Positions 41,932 to 52,583 of a stretch of 64,000 nt of DNA are shown piece by piece (the stretch's first letter is position 1; every line of letters begins with the position of its first letter). A model generated the notes under the pieces. The model made no database searches and had not been told where the DNA came from. It was given only the letters and a program-made list of their open reading frames with translations. Position numbers and translations under genes: made by a program. The stretch is taken from the IMG/VR virus record IMGVR_UViG_3300035182_002586, positions 464,958 to 528,957 of that record. One strand, written 5' to 3'.

Positions 41932-42265
41932 TTGGGGGGCGCCGGTACACCGCGTGGTGTAGGGGAGGGAGCGGAGCCTTGCCGCGATGTCCCGGTCGCT
42001 GAAAAAACGCCGTCGGTGCCGAGTCCACAGCGAGACCTACTGGGCGTGCTGTCAGTGCGCACCGCTCTTCTTCTACGGGAACTCGGTCGAGGACGAGAAG
42101 TGCCGGAAGTGCGGCCATCCCCGATGTGCACCCTTCGTGCCCCGTCCCCCGCAGCCGGGTAGTGGCCCCAGATGCTCCCCGACAACACCCCCGAGGTCGT
42201 GCCGTCATGGGATCGGTAGGGACGCATCCCGCCTTCGAGGGGTCGCAGTCGAAGCAACCGCTTCC

Positions 42266-43174
42266 TTACCCATTTTGATGGTCCGTAGCTGCGGGTACGG
42301 GTCTATCCAGTTCACGCGAACGATCGGCAGCCTTGAAGGTCGGGGACAGGTACAGGGACTCGACCGTGTTCTCGCTCCGGCCGCTTAGGGTTGCCTGCGA
42401 CGACACCCCCGCGTGGACCTCAAGATGATGAAGACCGAGGTGCTTCGGCAGGGGCTCTCCGTAGGCTTTTTCGCCGCATCGTCCGTCGAACGAAACGATG
42501 TACGAAATGCCTCGGGCGTTGAGGGACGCGAGGGCTTCTACGAAGCGCCCCCGGTCAAGCTGGTCCCGATACCGTCGGTCCCGACCTTCGCTGGTCCCCT
42601 GGTAGGGCGGGTCCATGTAGACGAGATCGTGAGGTCCGGCCCGGAGCAACAACTGCTCGTAGTCACCCGCCATGACCTCCGTTCGACCGGCCAGAAGTGA
42701 GGCGGCTCCCATCACCTCTTGTCTGAGCTTCTCTGGCCGCATACCGAGGCGTCGGTTGTCGGGCGACTGGTTGAACTCGCCCCTCGGGTTGAACCTCACG
42801 GCGTTCTTCACGCAGCGGGCCAGCAAGTACAGCAGCTTGACGGGATCGCCATCTCGGTTGAAGTCCGCTCGGACCTCATCGTAGAACTCCCGCTGGCGGC
42901 CCTGCTGGTCGTTCCAGAGCGACTCGTAGCCATCGGCAACCTTCCCCGGACTGTTGAGAATGCTGGTCCAGAGGCTCGCCAGGGGCGCGAGAGAGTCACC
43001 CAGCAGGTAGCGACGGCCGAGTTGTTCCTGGGCGGCAGCCAGCGTCACGGCCGCCGACCCCGCGAACGGTTCGATGAGCGTCTCCACCCGCTTGGGGAAG
43101 AGGTCGAGGATCTTCCCCGCGAGGTTTCGCTTGCTTCCCTGGTACGGGATCGGATGGGGAACCTTGCTCATCAC
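42266..43174 (-). CDS. Dam-like (D12-class) N6-adenine DNA methyltransferase
   Basis: PYQGSKR, EPFAGSAA (motif I), DLVYMDPPY (motif IV), RFN..G.FN. Confidence 0.92.
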   Translation of the reverse strand: MMSKVPHPIPYQGSKRNLAGKILDLFPKRVETLIEPFAGSAAVTLAAAQEQLGRRYLLGDSLAPLASLWTSILNSPGKVADGYESLWNDQQGRQREFYDEVRADFNRDGDPVKLLYLLARCVKNAVRFNPRGEFNQSPDNRRLGMRPEKLRQEVMGAASLLAGRTEVMAGDYEQLLLRAGPHDLVYMDPPYQGTSEGRDRRYRDQLDRGRFVEALASLNARGISYIVSFDGRCGEKAYGEPLPKHLGLHHLEVHAGVSSQATLSGRSENTVESLYLSPTFKAADRSRELDRPVPAATDHQNG

Positions 43175-43488
43175 TGAAAAGCCCTAGCACATTTCGTGCT
43201 CGCAGCCAAGACCGAGGGGGCGGTAAGCGGAGCACCAACCCTGCTTCGACGCACCTGCAACTTACTGCCGCTTGACCTCGCCGCGCTCATCGAGCGCCTT
43301 CCCTGGATCCTCGAACGACTCGCCGCGCGCGACCGCGAGGCCGACGGCCGCGCGCGAGACGACCGATCGCGGCGTGCGTCTCCGCGTCGTAGATGACCCC
43401 AGGGACGTGGTTGCTGCGCCTAAACATCGGGTGTGCGTAGTCGCCAAGGTCGTGTTCACGAACGACGTCATCCGCGACCAAGAAGAAC

Positions 43489-43755
43489 TTGTTCGCGCCC
43501 TGCGACAGGCAGACCGTTCGGGACTCGAAGGGCAAGCGCCATCCTATCAAGGCGCTGATCGAAGCGACCGGGAAGCCACCCGAACACCGGCTCTACGCGC
43601 TGATGGCGCTTCGTGACAACGGCGAGAAGGTCTACCTCAAGCCGACCGAGGAAGACCTCGCCCTGTACCGTCGCTGCGGGGCGGAGCTGCGGAAGTCGCG
43701 GCTCCCTCTGCCGACGATGAAGGTGCGCCCCTCTACACCGGCGCGCTCTCTGTAG
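43489..43755 (+). pseudogene. Possible fragment of a Zn-ribbon/DUF1156-type adenine methylase
   Basis: GKPPEHRLYA...GEKVYLKPTEEDLALY...LPLP recalled from large adenine-specific MTases; no start context or catalytic motifs. Confidence 0.35.
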
Positions 43756-43926
43756 ATCAGAGCAGTCAATCAGGATGAAACGGGGCCACTACCCGGAGGG
43801 GTACTGGCCCGGTCACGTCGGGTTCGTCGCGCAGGGAGCCGATGGCGTGCCCCTGCGCGGTACGATCGTCGTGGACTTCCACTTCACGGACGCACGCGCC
43901 GACGTGATCGCCAAGGTGAGGGTCGA

Positions 43927-44802
43927 TCACGTCGGCGAGGAGCTGCCCGAAGCCGAAGACGGGGCGCTTCCGCCGTAGATCAGGCGTGCGATCCACGTGG
44001 CGAGCGTCGATCGATTCTCGAACTGCGGGTAGAACCGGGACGCACCGCCAGCGTCCGCTTTCACGGTGCGGGCGCTTCCTGACCCACCCTGAAAGCCCAT
44101 CGAGGCCATCTTCTTGGTGATCGTACCGGGGTTCGTCGTGAGGACGCCGCTCATCTCGTCGAGAGCGGCCACAGGGCAACCGGGGGCACAGCTCCAGGCT
44201 GGAACGGCCTCCTTGCCGTCTTCGCCCTTGTATCGTTGGATCTTCACCGGACGGGCTTCGACATCATCGTTCATCAGGCCGAGCGCGGTGTTCCCCGACC
44301 GACTATTCGGACCACCTCCGGTGTTGCGGATCTCTCGTGTCCCTTCGCACGTGCACCCGAGTTTGTGGACGAGGACGAGGTTGGTGGGCCACCGGCCCTT
44401 CGTGGTGTCGTACGCCGTGGAGCCCGACCAAGCGCCGTGGAACCCGGCATCGTGCGCCTTGAGCCGCCCGCTCCCGGGCGTGTTGCAGCGCTCCATCGCC
44501 TTCGCGTCCGCTGTGCTCGTCGTGATGCGGCAGCCGTCGATCCAGAGTCCGCCGGTCCCGGTCTTCATAACTTGCTCGGCCACGGTGCCGTCGAAGGGAA
44601 GCCGGAACAGGGCGGCCATGGCGAAGCCGTGCTCGGTCGCGACGGCGATGGTGTCGCGGAAGGCGAGGCCCGCCTGCCGACCTTCGAGGCAGTGGGGTGC
44701 CCGCGCGCCGAGTACGACGACATGTGCGCCAGGTGGGAGACGATCCCGAAGGCCATCCGTCCAACCTGCTCGCGCCTCGATGACCTCGCCGGGGATCGCC
44801 AT
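43927..44802 (-). CDS. DNA-methylase-derived protein lacking DPPY and FxGxG motifs
   Basis: GLAFRDTI...GTGGLWIDGCRI...GRWPTNLVLVH...CAPGCPVAALDEMSG...GGASRFY, the variable middle of phage N4/N6 MTases; GGTGTA upstream. Confidence 0.75.
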   Translation of the reverse strand: MAIPGEVIEARAGWTDGLRDRLPPGAHVVVLGARAPHCLEGRQAGLAFRDTIAVATEHGFAMAALFRLPFDGTVAEQVMKTGTGGLWIDGCRITTSTADAKAMERCNTPGSGRLKAHDAGFHGAWSGSTAYDTTKGRWPTNLVLVHKLGCTCEGTREIRNTGGGPNSRSGNTALGLMNDDVEARPVKIQRYKGEDGKEAVPAWSCAPGCPVAALDEMSGVLTTNPGTITKKMASMGFQGGSGSARTVKADAGGASRFYPQFENRSTLATWIARLIYGGSAPSSASGSSSPT

Positions 44803-46184
44803 GTCCGGCGCCCCTACACCGGGTTCCCCGCCAGATCGGGGGTTCTGGGACGGCCCGCGAGTATTTCTACGGACCGGGGTTAATCAGCACAGCCGCCGAG
44901 CACACCCGTACCCTACGGTGTGGGTCGCCTACTGGCCGAGCTTTGGTGGCGGGCAGCCTCGGTCGACGTTCCACCACACGTACGCATCGGCTGAGAACGA
45001 TCGCGGGGACGGGTGGTTGACCGAGCCCGCCGTGGTGCTCCCCTGCTACGGCCCAGAGCAAGGGCCGGAAGAACTCGCAGCCCGAGTACGGATCCGGGGA
45101 CAGACCGGGGCCTGGCCTCTCCACCCTCTTAGACCCGAGGAGCGCGAGGTGTCGCAGGCTCCCACCGAGGCCGCGGTGGATCCCGTTGCGGAGGAGATCG
45201 TATCCCAGGCGTTGACGTGGGACGGCACATCGATGGTTCCCGGGGGCGACCTGGAGTGGCAGCAGATCGTGCCCTTCCTTCGAGGCTGGGCGCTGATGGT
45301 TCCAGACGTGCGCGTAGAGAGCGCATCGCGGAGCCGGGTCGTAAACGAGCCGGAGAACCCGGGTGTGGTCTCGATCGTCTTGGTCTCCACCGTGGGGCCG
45401 GGCCGGGCCACCGTAACCGTAGGCCCAGAACCAGACATGGGGACCACGATCTCTTCCACGCCTCACATGAGTTTGTCCGAGATCACGGCACACGGGCACT
45501 TCATGCAGAGGGTGGGCGAGGCGGGCGAGCGCCTCCAGACCTTCCTCCGAGCACACCTCGTCGGTGTAGCGGAGGGCCTGAGATGAACATCGTGCTCCAC
45601 TACACGCCGAGCGACATCATCACCGGGGCGCTGCTTGTCTTCGTCGTGGTGGGGTTCATCATCCTCCGCTGGAGGGCCGGATGACGACGGGACCACGGTG
45701 GGACAGCCGACGTGAGAAGCTTCGGGAGCTACTCCAGGAGGGGCCGGAAGCGCGAAGGGTGCTGGCCGACTCCTGGCTCTCTAGCTCCGCGTGGGCGTCG
45801 GGGCCGGCATTCGAGTGGCAGCTCGAAGTGGGGCGTGCCCTGCTCGACTGGCCGGACGTGGATCGAGACGCAGTGCGGGCCCGACTCGACGAGTTGGTGG
45901 CGCAGCGCCGGACCTAACACTTCGAGGCGACGCCTTTCACATCCGGGTGCGAGACGCGGAGGGCGCTGAGCATCTGGTAGATGTCCGTGTGGTCGGGCAG
46001 GCGCTTGACGTTGCCGAGCGCCCAAGCCGTATCGACCAGGAACGTCTCCCCCCGTGAAGTCTTGACGGTGCTGGTCCCGGGCTGCGGGGCGGGCTCGACC
46101 GCGAAGGTCGTCTCGATCCCCGCGTACTCCGCGACGACGTTCAGCTCTTCCGCGAGGGCTTCGGGGCTCTTGGGCATGACCCCA

Positions 46185-46214
46185 CTACCTCGTGTGGGGG
46201 GCGGGCGATCCATT
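46185..46214 (-). promoter_or_regulatory. Class I motif on the minus strand (first of 8 minus copies)
   Basis: (c)gatccat on plus at 46206, 47593, 48323, 49316, 50038, 50425, 50964, 58951; ctac (GTAG) 25 nt away in most; each precedes a minus-strand ATG. Confidence 0.8.
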
Positions 46215-47006
46215 CGGTGTACAGCGGGAAGGATTCTGGCACGCCCCGCCGGTCCACGCTGAAACGCCGGGACCTTAGCTCGCACACTGCGGTGGTGCGG
46301 GCCTGACAAGCTCGCGGGGAAGGGGCGAAAGACTGCACGGTCAGGTGCGAAAGCGGCCGCCCCTCGTCCCTACCAGGCGGGCATCGGGCTTGGTAGGGAC
46401 GGCGCCGAGGCATTCGCCTCTGCCCACCAACGCGGACGCGGGGGGACTCGTCCGCGTTGGGATCTCGCGCCCTAGCGTTCCTAGGGGTCGCCCCGGAGCC
46501 ATTGCCAGAGGCGGGGCCAGAAGCCAGGCTTGGGCTCGACCTTCTCAACGACCGTGCGATACGTCAACGACTCGGGTGTCTCGGGCTTCGGGCCGTACTT
46601 GTCCCGGAGGCTCTGGATCCACTGCTGGTGCTCGTCGAAGGGGTCCGGAGGCGCGATGCGCTTGACCCGCCAGCCCCTCCCATCGAACACGAGGCCGGCG
46701 CCGACCTTCGGGGGCTCGGCGGAGACGTCCCAGGGCCAGGGCTCGGGTGGCCTCATCGAGGCGGGTCCTCGATCCCGTCCTTCCCGCGAAGGACCGACAT
46801 CAGGACGTCGTAGCCGACGCGCTTCGCTTCCTTGGTCAGGTCGAGCAGCATCGCTTGGTGTCCGGCCTGGTGCCCGCGCTTGTACGCCTCGACGACGATC
46901 GGGTTCTCGTGGTTGAGGAAGCGCTCGTCATCTGCCCGGGAGGACGCACCGATGATCCAGCCGCGCCGGTAGCAGGCGAACCGTTCTTGAGGGGAGAGTG
47001 GTTTCA

Positions 47007-47234
47007 TCATGGGTTATCCAGGGCCGCGAGAGCCCTTGCAGTGGCCTCGTCCATCCACTCCGCGTCGCACCGCGTGCAGGTTGGGATGCAGAGCGTCTCG
47101 GGGATCGCCATCCGGCCGCCCCCTTTGGCGCGCCGGGTCCGGCCGCCCCCTTTGGCGCGCCGGGTCCGGCCGGGCTTCGCCGTGGGCACGACCCGGGCGC
47201 CGCAGTCGGGGCACGTGTCGGGGGCGACGATCAC
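47007..47234 (-). CDS. Small Zn-finger protein (YgiT/MqsA-type zinc ribbon-like) with internal 9-aa duplication
   Basis: CPDCG...IPTCTRCDAEW; RTRRAKGGG x2. Confidence 0.55.
   Translation of the reverse strand: MIVAPDTCPDCGARVVPTAKPGRTRRAKGGGRTRRAKGGGRMAIPETLCIPTCTRCDAEWMDEATARALAALDNP
47111..47172. repeat. In-frame 27-nt tandem duplication
   Basis: tccggccgccccctttggcgcgccggg twice plus 8-nt partial tccggccg. Confidence 0.95.
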
Positions 47235-47729
47235 GAGAGCGTCCTACACCATCTTGTCGGCAGGCGGGCCGGATGTGACAGGGGCCGAGACAAAAAGCAG
47301 ACAGCCCGTGTCCCGACCAAGGGGCACAGGCCAAGGGGCACAGGCTGTCTGCCGCGCTTTGGAGGGCTACAGGAGCGGACCGTAGAGGACGTCACGCCGC
47401 ACGTCCGAGATGGTGCGGCAGGGGGCGCTCGTGTGGAAGTACGGGTTGCCGTCCACCCACGGGTTCTCGGGGACGACGACGGGGCTGACCTCGTAGCCCT
47501 TCTCCAAGAGGGCGGCAGCCATCTTGCGGAGCGTCTCGACGTCGGGGCTTCGGTACGTGGTCATGGGGGGCACTACAACGGGAGGGGCGGGCCGATCCAT
47601 CCGAAGATTGTGGGCTGAGGACTGGACTCTCGGGGACAGTTAGCCCACCGTTTCCCGTTTCAGGGCTGCCGTTGTAGGGAATCACGTGCTTCCGCTACGG
47701 AAGGTCCTGCCAGTCGGGTCGTATCGTGG

Positions 47730-48062
47730 TCAGTCGTTGTTGTGCGGGTCGGGGATGCAGCCGAGGTTCTGGAAGTTGTCGGCGAAGAACTGCTCGACCG
47801 CGCTGAGATTCGTCGTCGGGGCCACGTCCAGCTCGACCCGGAAGCGGGTCTCGCGCGGGGCCGAGATACTCCCCTCGGTGAGGTAGAACGTCGTGCTGGC
47901 GAACGTGCGGTCGGTGGACGGGAGAAGCAGCTCGAACTCCAGGAAGTAGAGCTTCTCGCCCTTCGCGTTCTTGAAGGTCTTCTGCCAGACCTCGCGGCCG
48001 CCGGCCGGATACGTCCTGTATCCGGCCTCGGTGAGGCTCTCTCGGGTGACGGTCTTGTTCAT
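47730..48062 (-). CDS. Phage hypothetical protein
   Basis: MNKTVTRESLTEAGY...NLGCIPDPHNND; ATG at 48062. Confidence 0.6.
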   Translation of the reverse strand: MNKTVTRESLTEAGYRTYPAGGREVWQKTFKNAKGEKLYFLEFELLLPSTDRTFASTTFYLTEGSISAPRETRFRVELDVAPTTNLSAVEQFFADNFQNLGCIPDPHNND

Positions 48063-51000
48063 GGGGTTCAACCCTGCTTGCCGAACGAGTGCGCGACCTC
48101 GTGGTAGTGGGCCGCGCTCATGAGGTGGTACATGATGGCCGAGACGCGGCGCTCGACCGGGAACTGGTCGCGGCCCTGCTCGCCGCTCAGCCAGCGACGC
48201 GCGCACTTGAGGCACGAGCGGGTCAGCTTGAGCGCGTGGGCGCGGGTCATCTCGATGGTGGTCTCGGTCTCGATGGCGGGGTGCAGGCTGTCCATGTCCC
48301 CACTACAGCGGGAGGGGCGGGACGATCCATCCAGAAAAGGTGACGCCGCTAGAGGAGAACCGTCATCCCTGCGAGGAACTGAAGACGTTCCTCCCGGGTG
48401 CGGAACCGGTACATGCCCCCACGGAACGAGAGGCTCAGGTCCTCTGGGAGCGCCTTGTCTTCGTCGTAGAGCCAGTCGAGCAGCTTGTTGAGGGCGCTGG
48501 GAGTGAACCCCTCAGCCTCGTAGACCGGGTGCGGCTCCTGCTGCACGAGGTTGATGTTCATGGTCAGCCTCCGAACTCCTTGATAACGAACTCCGTCTCC
48601 TCGACGAGCCCCATGAGGTTGCGGGCCCGAGCCTGCTCGCAGCGCGTCCGGAGCATCGGCAAGTCGGCGGGGCCGAGCGGGCGAAGAACCTCGCTGAGCG
48701 AGGCCGAGTAGCCCACGGCGGGCTCCTGCACGCCGTCGGAGGGCGCACGGAAGGCGAGGCCCGGACCGGGAGCCTTCCCGGGAGGCGGGGTGTACGGCCC
48801 CTGGTAGCGCAGGATTTTCCCACCCACGAGCATGTAGATCGTGCCGACGGTCAGCGGGCTGTCCATTGCTTCTCCTACACCGCCACCGGGCGGGGAATAC
48901 CAGCGCCAATCACGTAGTAGAGGACCCGCGCGCCAGCGACATCCCTCCAGTAGTATCGGCAAAGCCCTTGCCTGCCAAGGAAGCGGAGTCGCATCACTTG
49001 GGGGTTCTTGGTCATGGGGATCAGAGGGCGAAGAGCGTTTTCTCGACGGCGGTGGCGTTGCGCACGGCGAACCGGATCTCGTAGCCGTCCGTGCGGGCGT
49101 CGCAGTCGAAGTACAACTTCCAGGTCGCCTTGAGCGGGCGGACGAACGCGTCGGCCGGGATGGCGTCGAGGATCGCCTTGACCTTCTTCTCCAGGCGGCC
49201 ACCGGCGACCGAACCGGTCACGCGCAGCTCGCAGGAACCCGTGAGACTGTTGACGAAGAAGCGGCGGGGCTTGGGGGTCTTCGAGGTGGCCATGACTCCA
49301 CTACCTCGCGTGGGGCGATCCATCCGGCCTCGGACGAATTCCTCAGACCTCGATCACGACTTCCTTGTAGGGCTTGCCCACGCCAGGGACGACGAAGATG
49401 TCGACACGGCGCGCCGCCCCGTCCTCGTGAAGGTCCTCCTCCAGCTCGTCCTCGGCCGCGATGAGGACGTAGCCGCCCGTCGCCGCGTAGGAGATCGCCG
49501 GGTCTCGGAACGCCTTGAGGCTCTCCCAAATGCTGGCCGCCACCCTGTCGGGGTCGCCGCCGTAGGTGGGGTTGTTCTTCGCCAGGAAGGTGCACGCACC
49601 GTCGAAGTCCGACTGGCTGAACAGGATCTTCATGAGGTTCTCTCGTACACCGCGGGGGTCGGGGTGGTCACAGGTCGTCCTTCCGGGCGATGAACTCGCG
49701 GTTGTCGGGGTCTTGGTTCGCCCAAGCGACGCCCCAAGCGATGGCCTGGTCGCGCCCTTCACGCGTCTCCGTCACGAAGAGGACCTGGTGGGCATCGAGG
49801 CCCGAACTCGCCCGGACGGACCAACCCTTGAAGGTCTTCGTGAGGATGGCGCCGCGTCGGCCGCGTCGGTGCTGGTCAACCTGCACCTTGATCAGACCGG
49901 GAGAGTCGTACGTGTCGGCATAGCGCCCGGGGGTACAGAGACGACGCGTCTCCTCGTCCCACTTCGAGGGGTTGCCGGCGAGGAGCGTGAAGTGCGCGGT
50001 GTTGACCATGACCCTACTACAGCGGGACCCCCAAGGGGATCCATCCGCGAACTCTTCTACCTGAGCGTGACAATACACATACCTCCTGTAGGGCTGAGGG
50101 TTGACGGAGAGAGGGTCACACGAGGCCGAAGTTCGCCAGCACGCACTCCTGCTCGACGATCGCCTTGAGCAGGCCGTCCTTCTTCGCAGCGAGGAGCTTG
50201 TACCCCTGCGAGCCGACCGGGAAGTTCGAGTAGATCGGGTCGGCGTCGAGGTCACGGAGCTGCATGACGAGCGCGGTGCGCTCCTCGATGGCCGTGAAGA
50301 CCTTGCCGGCCTCTTCGCTGTCCAGCTCGATGAAGCGGGCTTCCAGCTCGGCTTCGACGAAGTTGTAGAGCGCGGGGTTCGAGGACTTGAGGGCGGCGGC
50401 CTTGGACATGCGCGTGGGTGGGGACGATCCATCCGGAATCGTCACCCGGTGATCCGGCTGAAGTCGAGCTTGTCGTGCGGATCCATCAGCCGACCGACCG
50501 TAGCGGGACGACCTCGGGCTTGGGGAGCATGACGGTATCACCCAAGGCGAGAACAGCATCCTCCCAAGGACCGCGCTTGAACGCCACGATGTTCGGGGGG
50601 AACTTGGCGCTTCCCCCGGCAACGGCGTTGAACCACCGCAGGCCGAAGACCTTGAGGCCGTTCTCCCCCCACAGGTCGATAAGGTACCAGTAAGGGGTGT
50701 GCGAACGGAGAATCATCTTCCCGCTGGAGTCGACGAAGCCGTCGCACGGCTTCTGCTTCGGCGCCACCGTGAACGGCGTCTCCAAGGACACGTGGAAAGG
50801 GCCGACATCGAACGTCCGGCGAGACGGGGCCGTTTCGTTCACGTGCCATGCGGCGGTGTCGGGGTGGTTGGCGAGGAGACGCAGCAGAGCGTCCCGAAGG
50901 GCCAGGGCGCGTTCGAGACGGGTCGGCTTCTTCATACCCACCACTACCGCGGAAGGGTCACCTCGATCCATCACCGAGGGGCCGACCGCGAAGGACCGAG

Positions 51001-51396
51001 AGGCAGACCTCTTCGTCGATCATCAAGTGCTCGCTCCTGCGGGCGCCACAAACGACACAGGGCGGGTCTTCTTCCGGCGGAGGCGGGGGGACTAGTTCGC
51101 GATAGGGGGCAGCGCCTAGATGCCGTCGCATCCGCAGTTCTCCAGAGCCGCCTTGCACATCTTGCAGCGCTTCGGGGCCTGAGGGGCCGCTCCCGTGCCA
51201 TGTGCCGTGACGGACACCCCGACACAGGCATAGGCCCGGGTCTACCACAGCTTCCGTCCGATCCAGGATCCGAAAACGAGAGTTCGCGGCGGTTAGCTGC
51301 AACTTGCATCTCTAGTTGCAACTTCAACTCGGCGCCGATCCCGAACGATCCCGGGCACTTACGCAGCGAGTCCCGGCTGGATGAGCCAGGCGCGAC

Positions 51397-51430
51397 GAAG
51401 CCCACGTCCCCGGTGAGGGACGTGGGCTTC
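51397..51430 (-). terminator. Perfect 14-bp hairpin, probable terminator
   Basis: gaagcccacgtccc-cggtga-gggacgtgggcttc just after the stop of the minus gene at 51454; no long U tract. Confidence 0.65.
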
Positions 51431-51453
51431 CTACCGCTTGAGGACCTACAGGC

Positions 51454-51801
51454 TCACTTCCCGAGCGATGTCAGGGACTTCTTCGCCGACTCCAGGCGCA
51501 TCTCGGCGCCCTTGATGGCCGACAGCTCGTTCGCGATCACAGTGTCGATGACCTTCTCCAGGTCCGAGCCGTGAGTCGTGCCCGGCAGCGTGTGGCGGTC
51601 GTCCATCTTGATCGAGACTTCCCACCCGTTGCGCTTCGAGTGCGCCGAGACGACCACGCCGTGGCCTTCGAGGACCCAGAGGTTCTGACCGTACTTCTCG
51701 CCGGGCGCCGGGGCTGCGTACGAACCCACGAGCTTGAGGGGCTTGCCCTTGTAGGTCGGGGTATCGGAGTCCGTGTTGGCTTGGTTGTAGCGGTACGACA
51801 T
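51454..51801 (-). CDS. Hypothetical protein starting MSYRYNQA
   Basis: ATG 51801 after GGGAGAG; shares its N-terminus with the neighbour. Confidence 0.7.
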   Translation of the reverse strand: MSYRYNQANTDSDTPTYKGKPLKLVGSYAAPAPGEKYGQNLWVLEGHGVVVSAHSKRNGWEVSIKMDDRHTLPGTTHGSDLEKVIDTVIANELSAIKGAEMRLESAKKSLTSLGK

Positions 51802-51812
51802 GGTGCTCTCCC

Positions 51813-52064
51813 TCAGACCGTCTTGCCGAAGACCTTCGCCACCATGGCGACCGCCTCGTGGGCCTTCTTCTCGATCCCCCGAAGCTCCACCTTGTCTTCG
51901 AGCGACGAGACCTCCTTGGACGCCTTGTTGGCCTCCGCGGCGATCTTCCTGAGGTCCTCCATCGCCTTGGTGGTCCACTCCCACGTCTTGTCGTGGATCT
52001 TGGCCTTGATGGAGTCCGCGCCTGCGGCCGTCTTGTCCGAAGCCTGGTTGTAGCGGTAGCTCAT
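51813..52064 (-). CDS. Hypothetical helical protein starting MSYRYNQA
   Basis: ATG 52064; same 8-aa N-terminus as 51454-51801. Confidence 0.7.
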   Translation of the reverse strand: MSYRYNQASDKTAAGADSIKAKIHDKTWEWTTKAMEDLRKIAAEANKASKEVSSLEDKVELRGIEKKAHEAVAMVAKVFGKTV

Positions 52065-52368
52065 GATACGAGCCCCCCGAATAGAAACTTTCGCGGGCCG
52101 TTCCCCCACGTCCGCCGTGGGATCCTGCGTCCTGGGCCGGTGTACGGGGCTCCCATGCCCGAACGCGCGGAGATCCACAGCCTCGTCGTGACGGGCAACG
52201 AGCCCAACGGCGGCATCACCATGGTCATCGATCGGGGCGAAGGCGTCGAGGGGCGCTTTCTGTGCGTCGAGATCCCGCAGGCCCTCCTCGCAGGCTTCAT
52301 CGAGGCCCCCCAGAAGGCCGCCGCCGATATGGCCCCGAAGACGACGCACTAGGTGTACGGAGCCGGGC

Positions 52369-52566
52369 ATGTCCGTCTCCACCCCCGAGAAGAAGTCGTT
52401 CGAGCCCGGCGCCGTTGTGTCCCTTCGTTCGGGCGGCCCCCTGATGACCGTGCACTCCACGAGCTGCGTCAGTGGGAGCGAGCAGATCGCGTGCATCTGG
52501 TTCACCAACGGTGGTGACCTCCGGACCGAGAGCTTCCTCGCATGCGTGCTCAAGGCCGGCGCCTAG
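52369..52566 (+). CDS. DUF2158 (YodC-like) protein
   Basis: FEPGAVVSLRSGGPLMTV...CIWF...ESF. Confidence 0.85.
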   Translation: MSVSTPEKKSFEPGAVVSLRSGGPLMTVHSTSCVSGSEQIACIWFTNGGDLRTESFLACVLKAGA

Positions 52567-52583
52567 GGTAGCCTCGGGCCCAC

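Noticed and set aside
51240-51400. tmRNA-like or tRNA-like element (GCAGCTAA, lower GC, AGTTGCAACT palindrome)
   Set aside because: There is no in-frame stop after GCA GCT and no tRNA-like acceptor or T arm; only short hairpins remain
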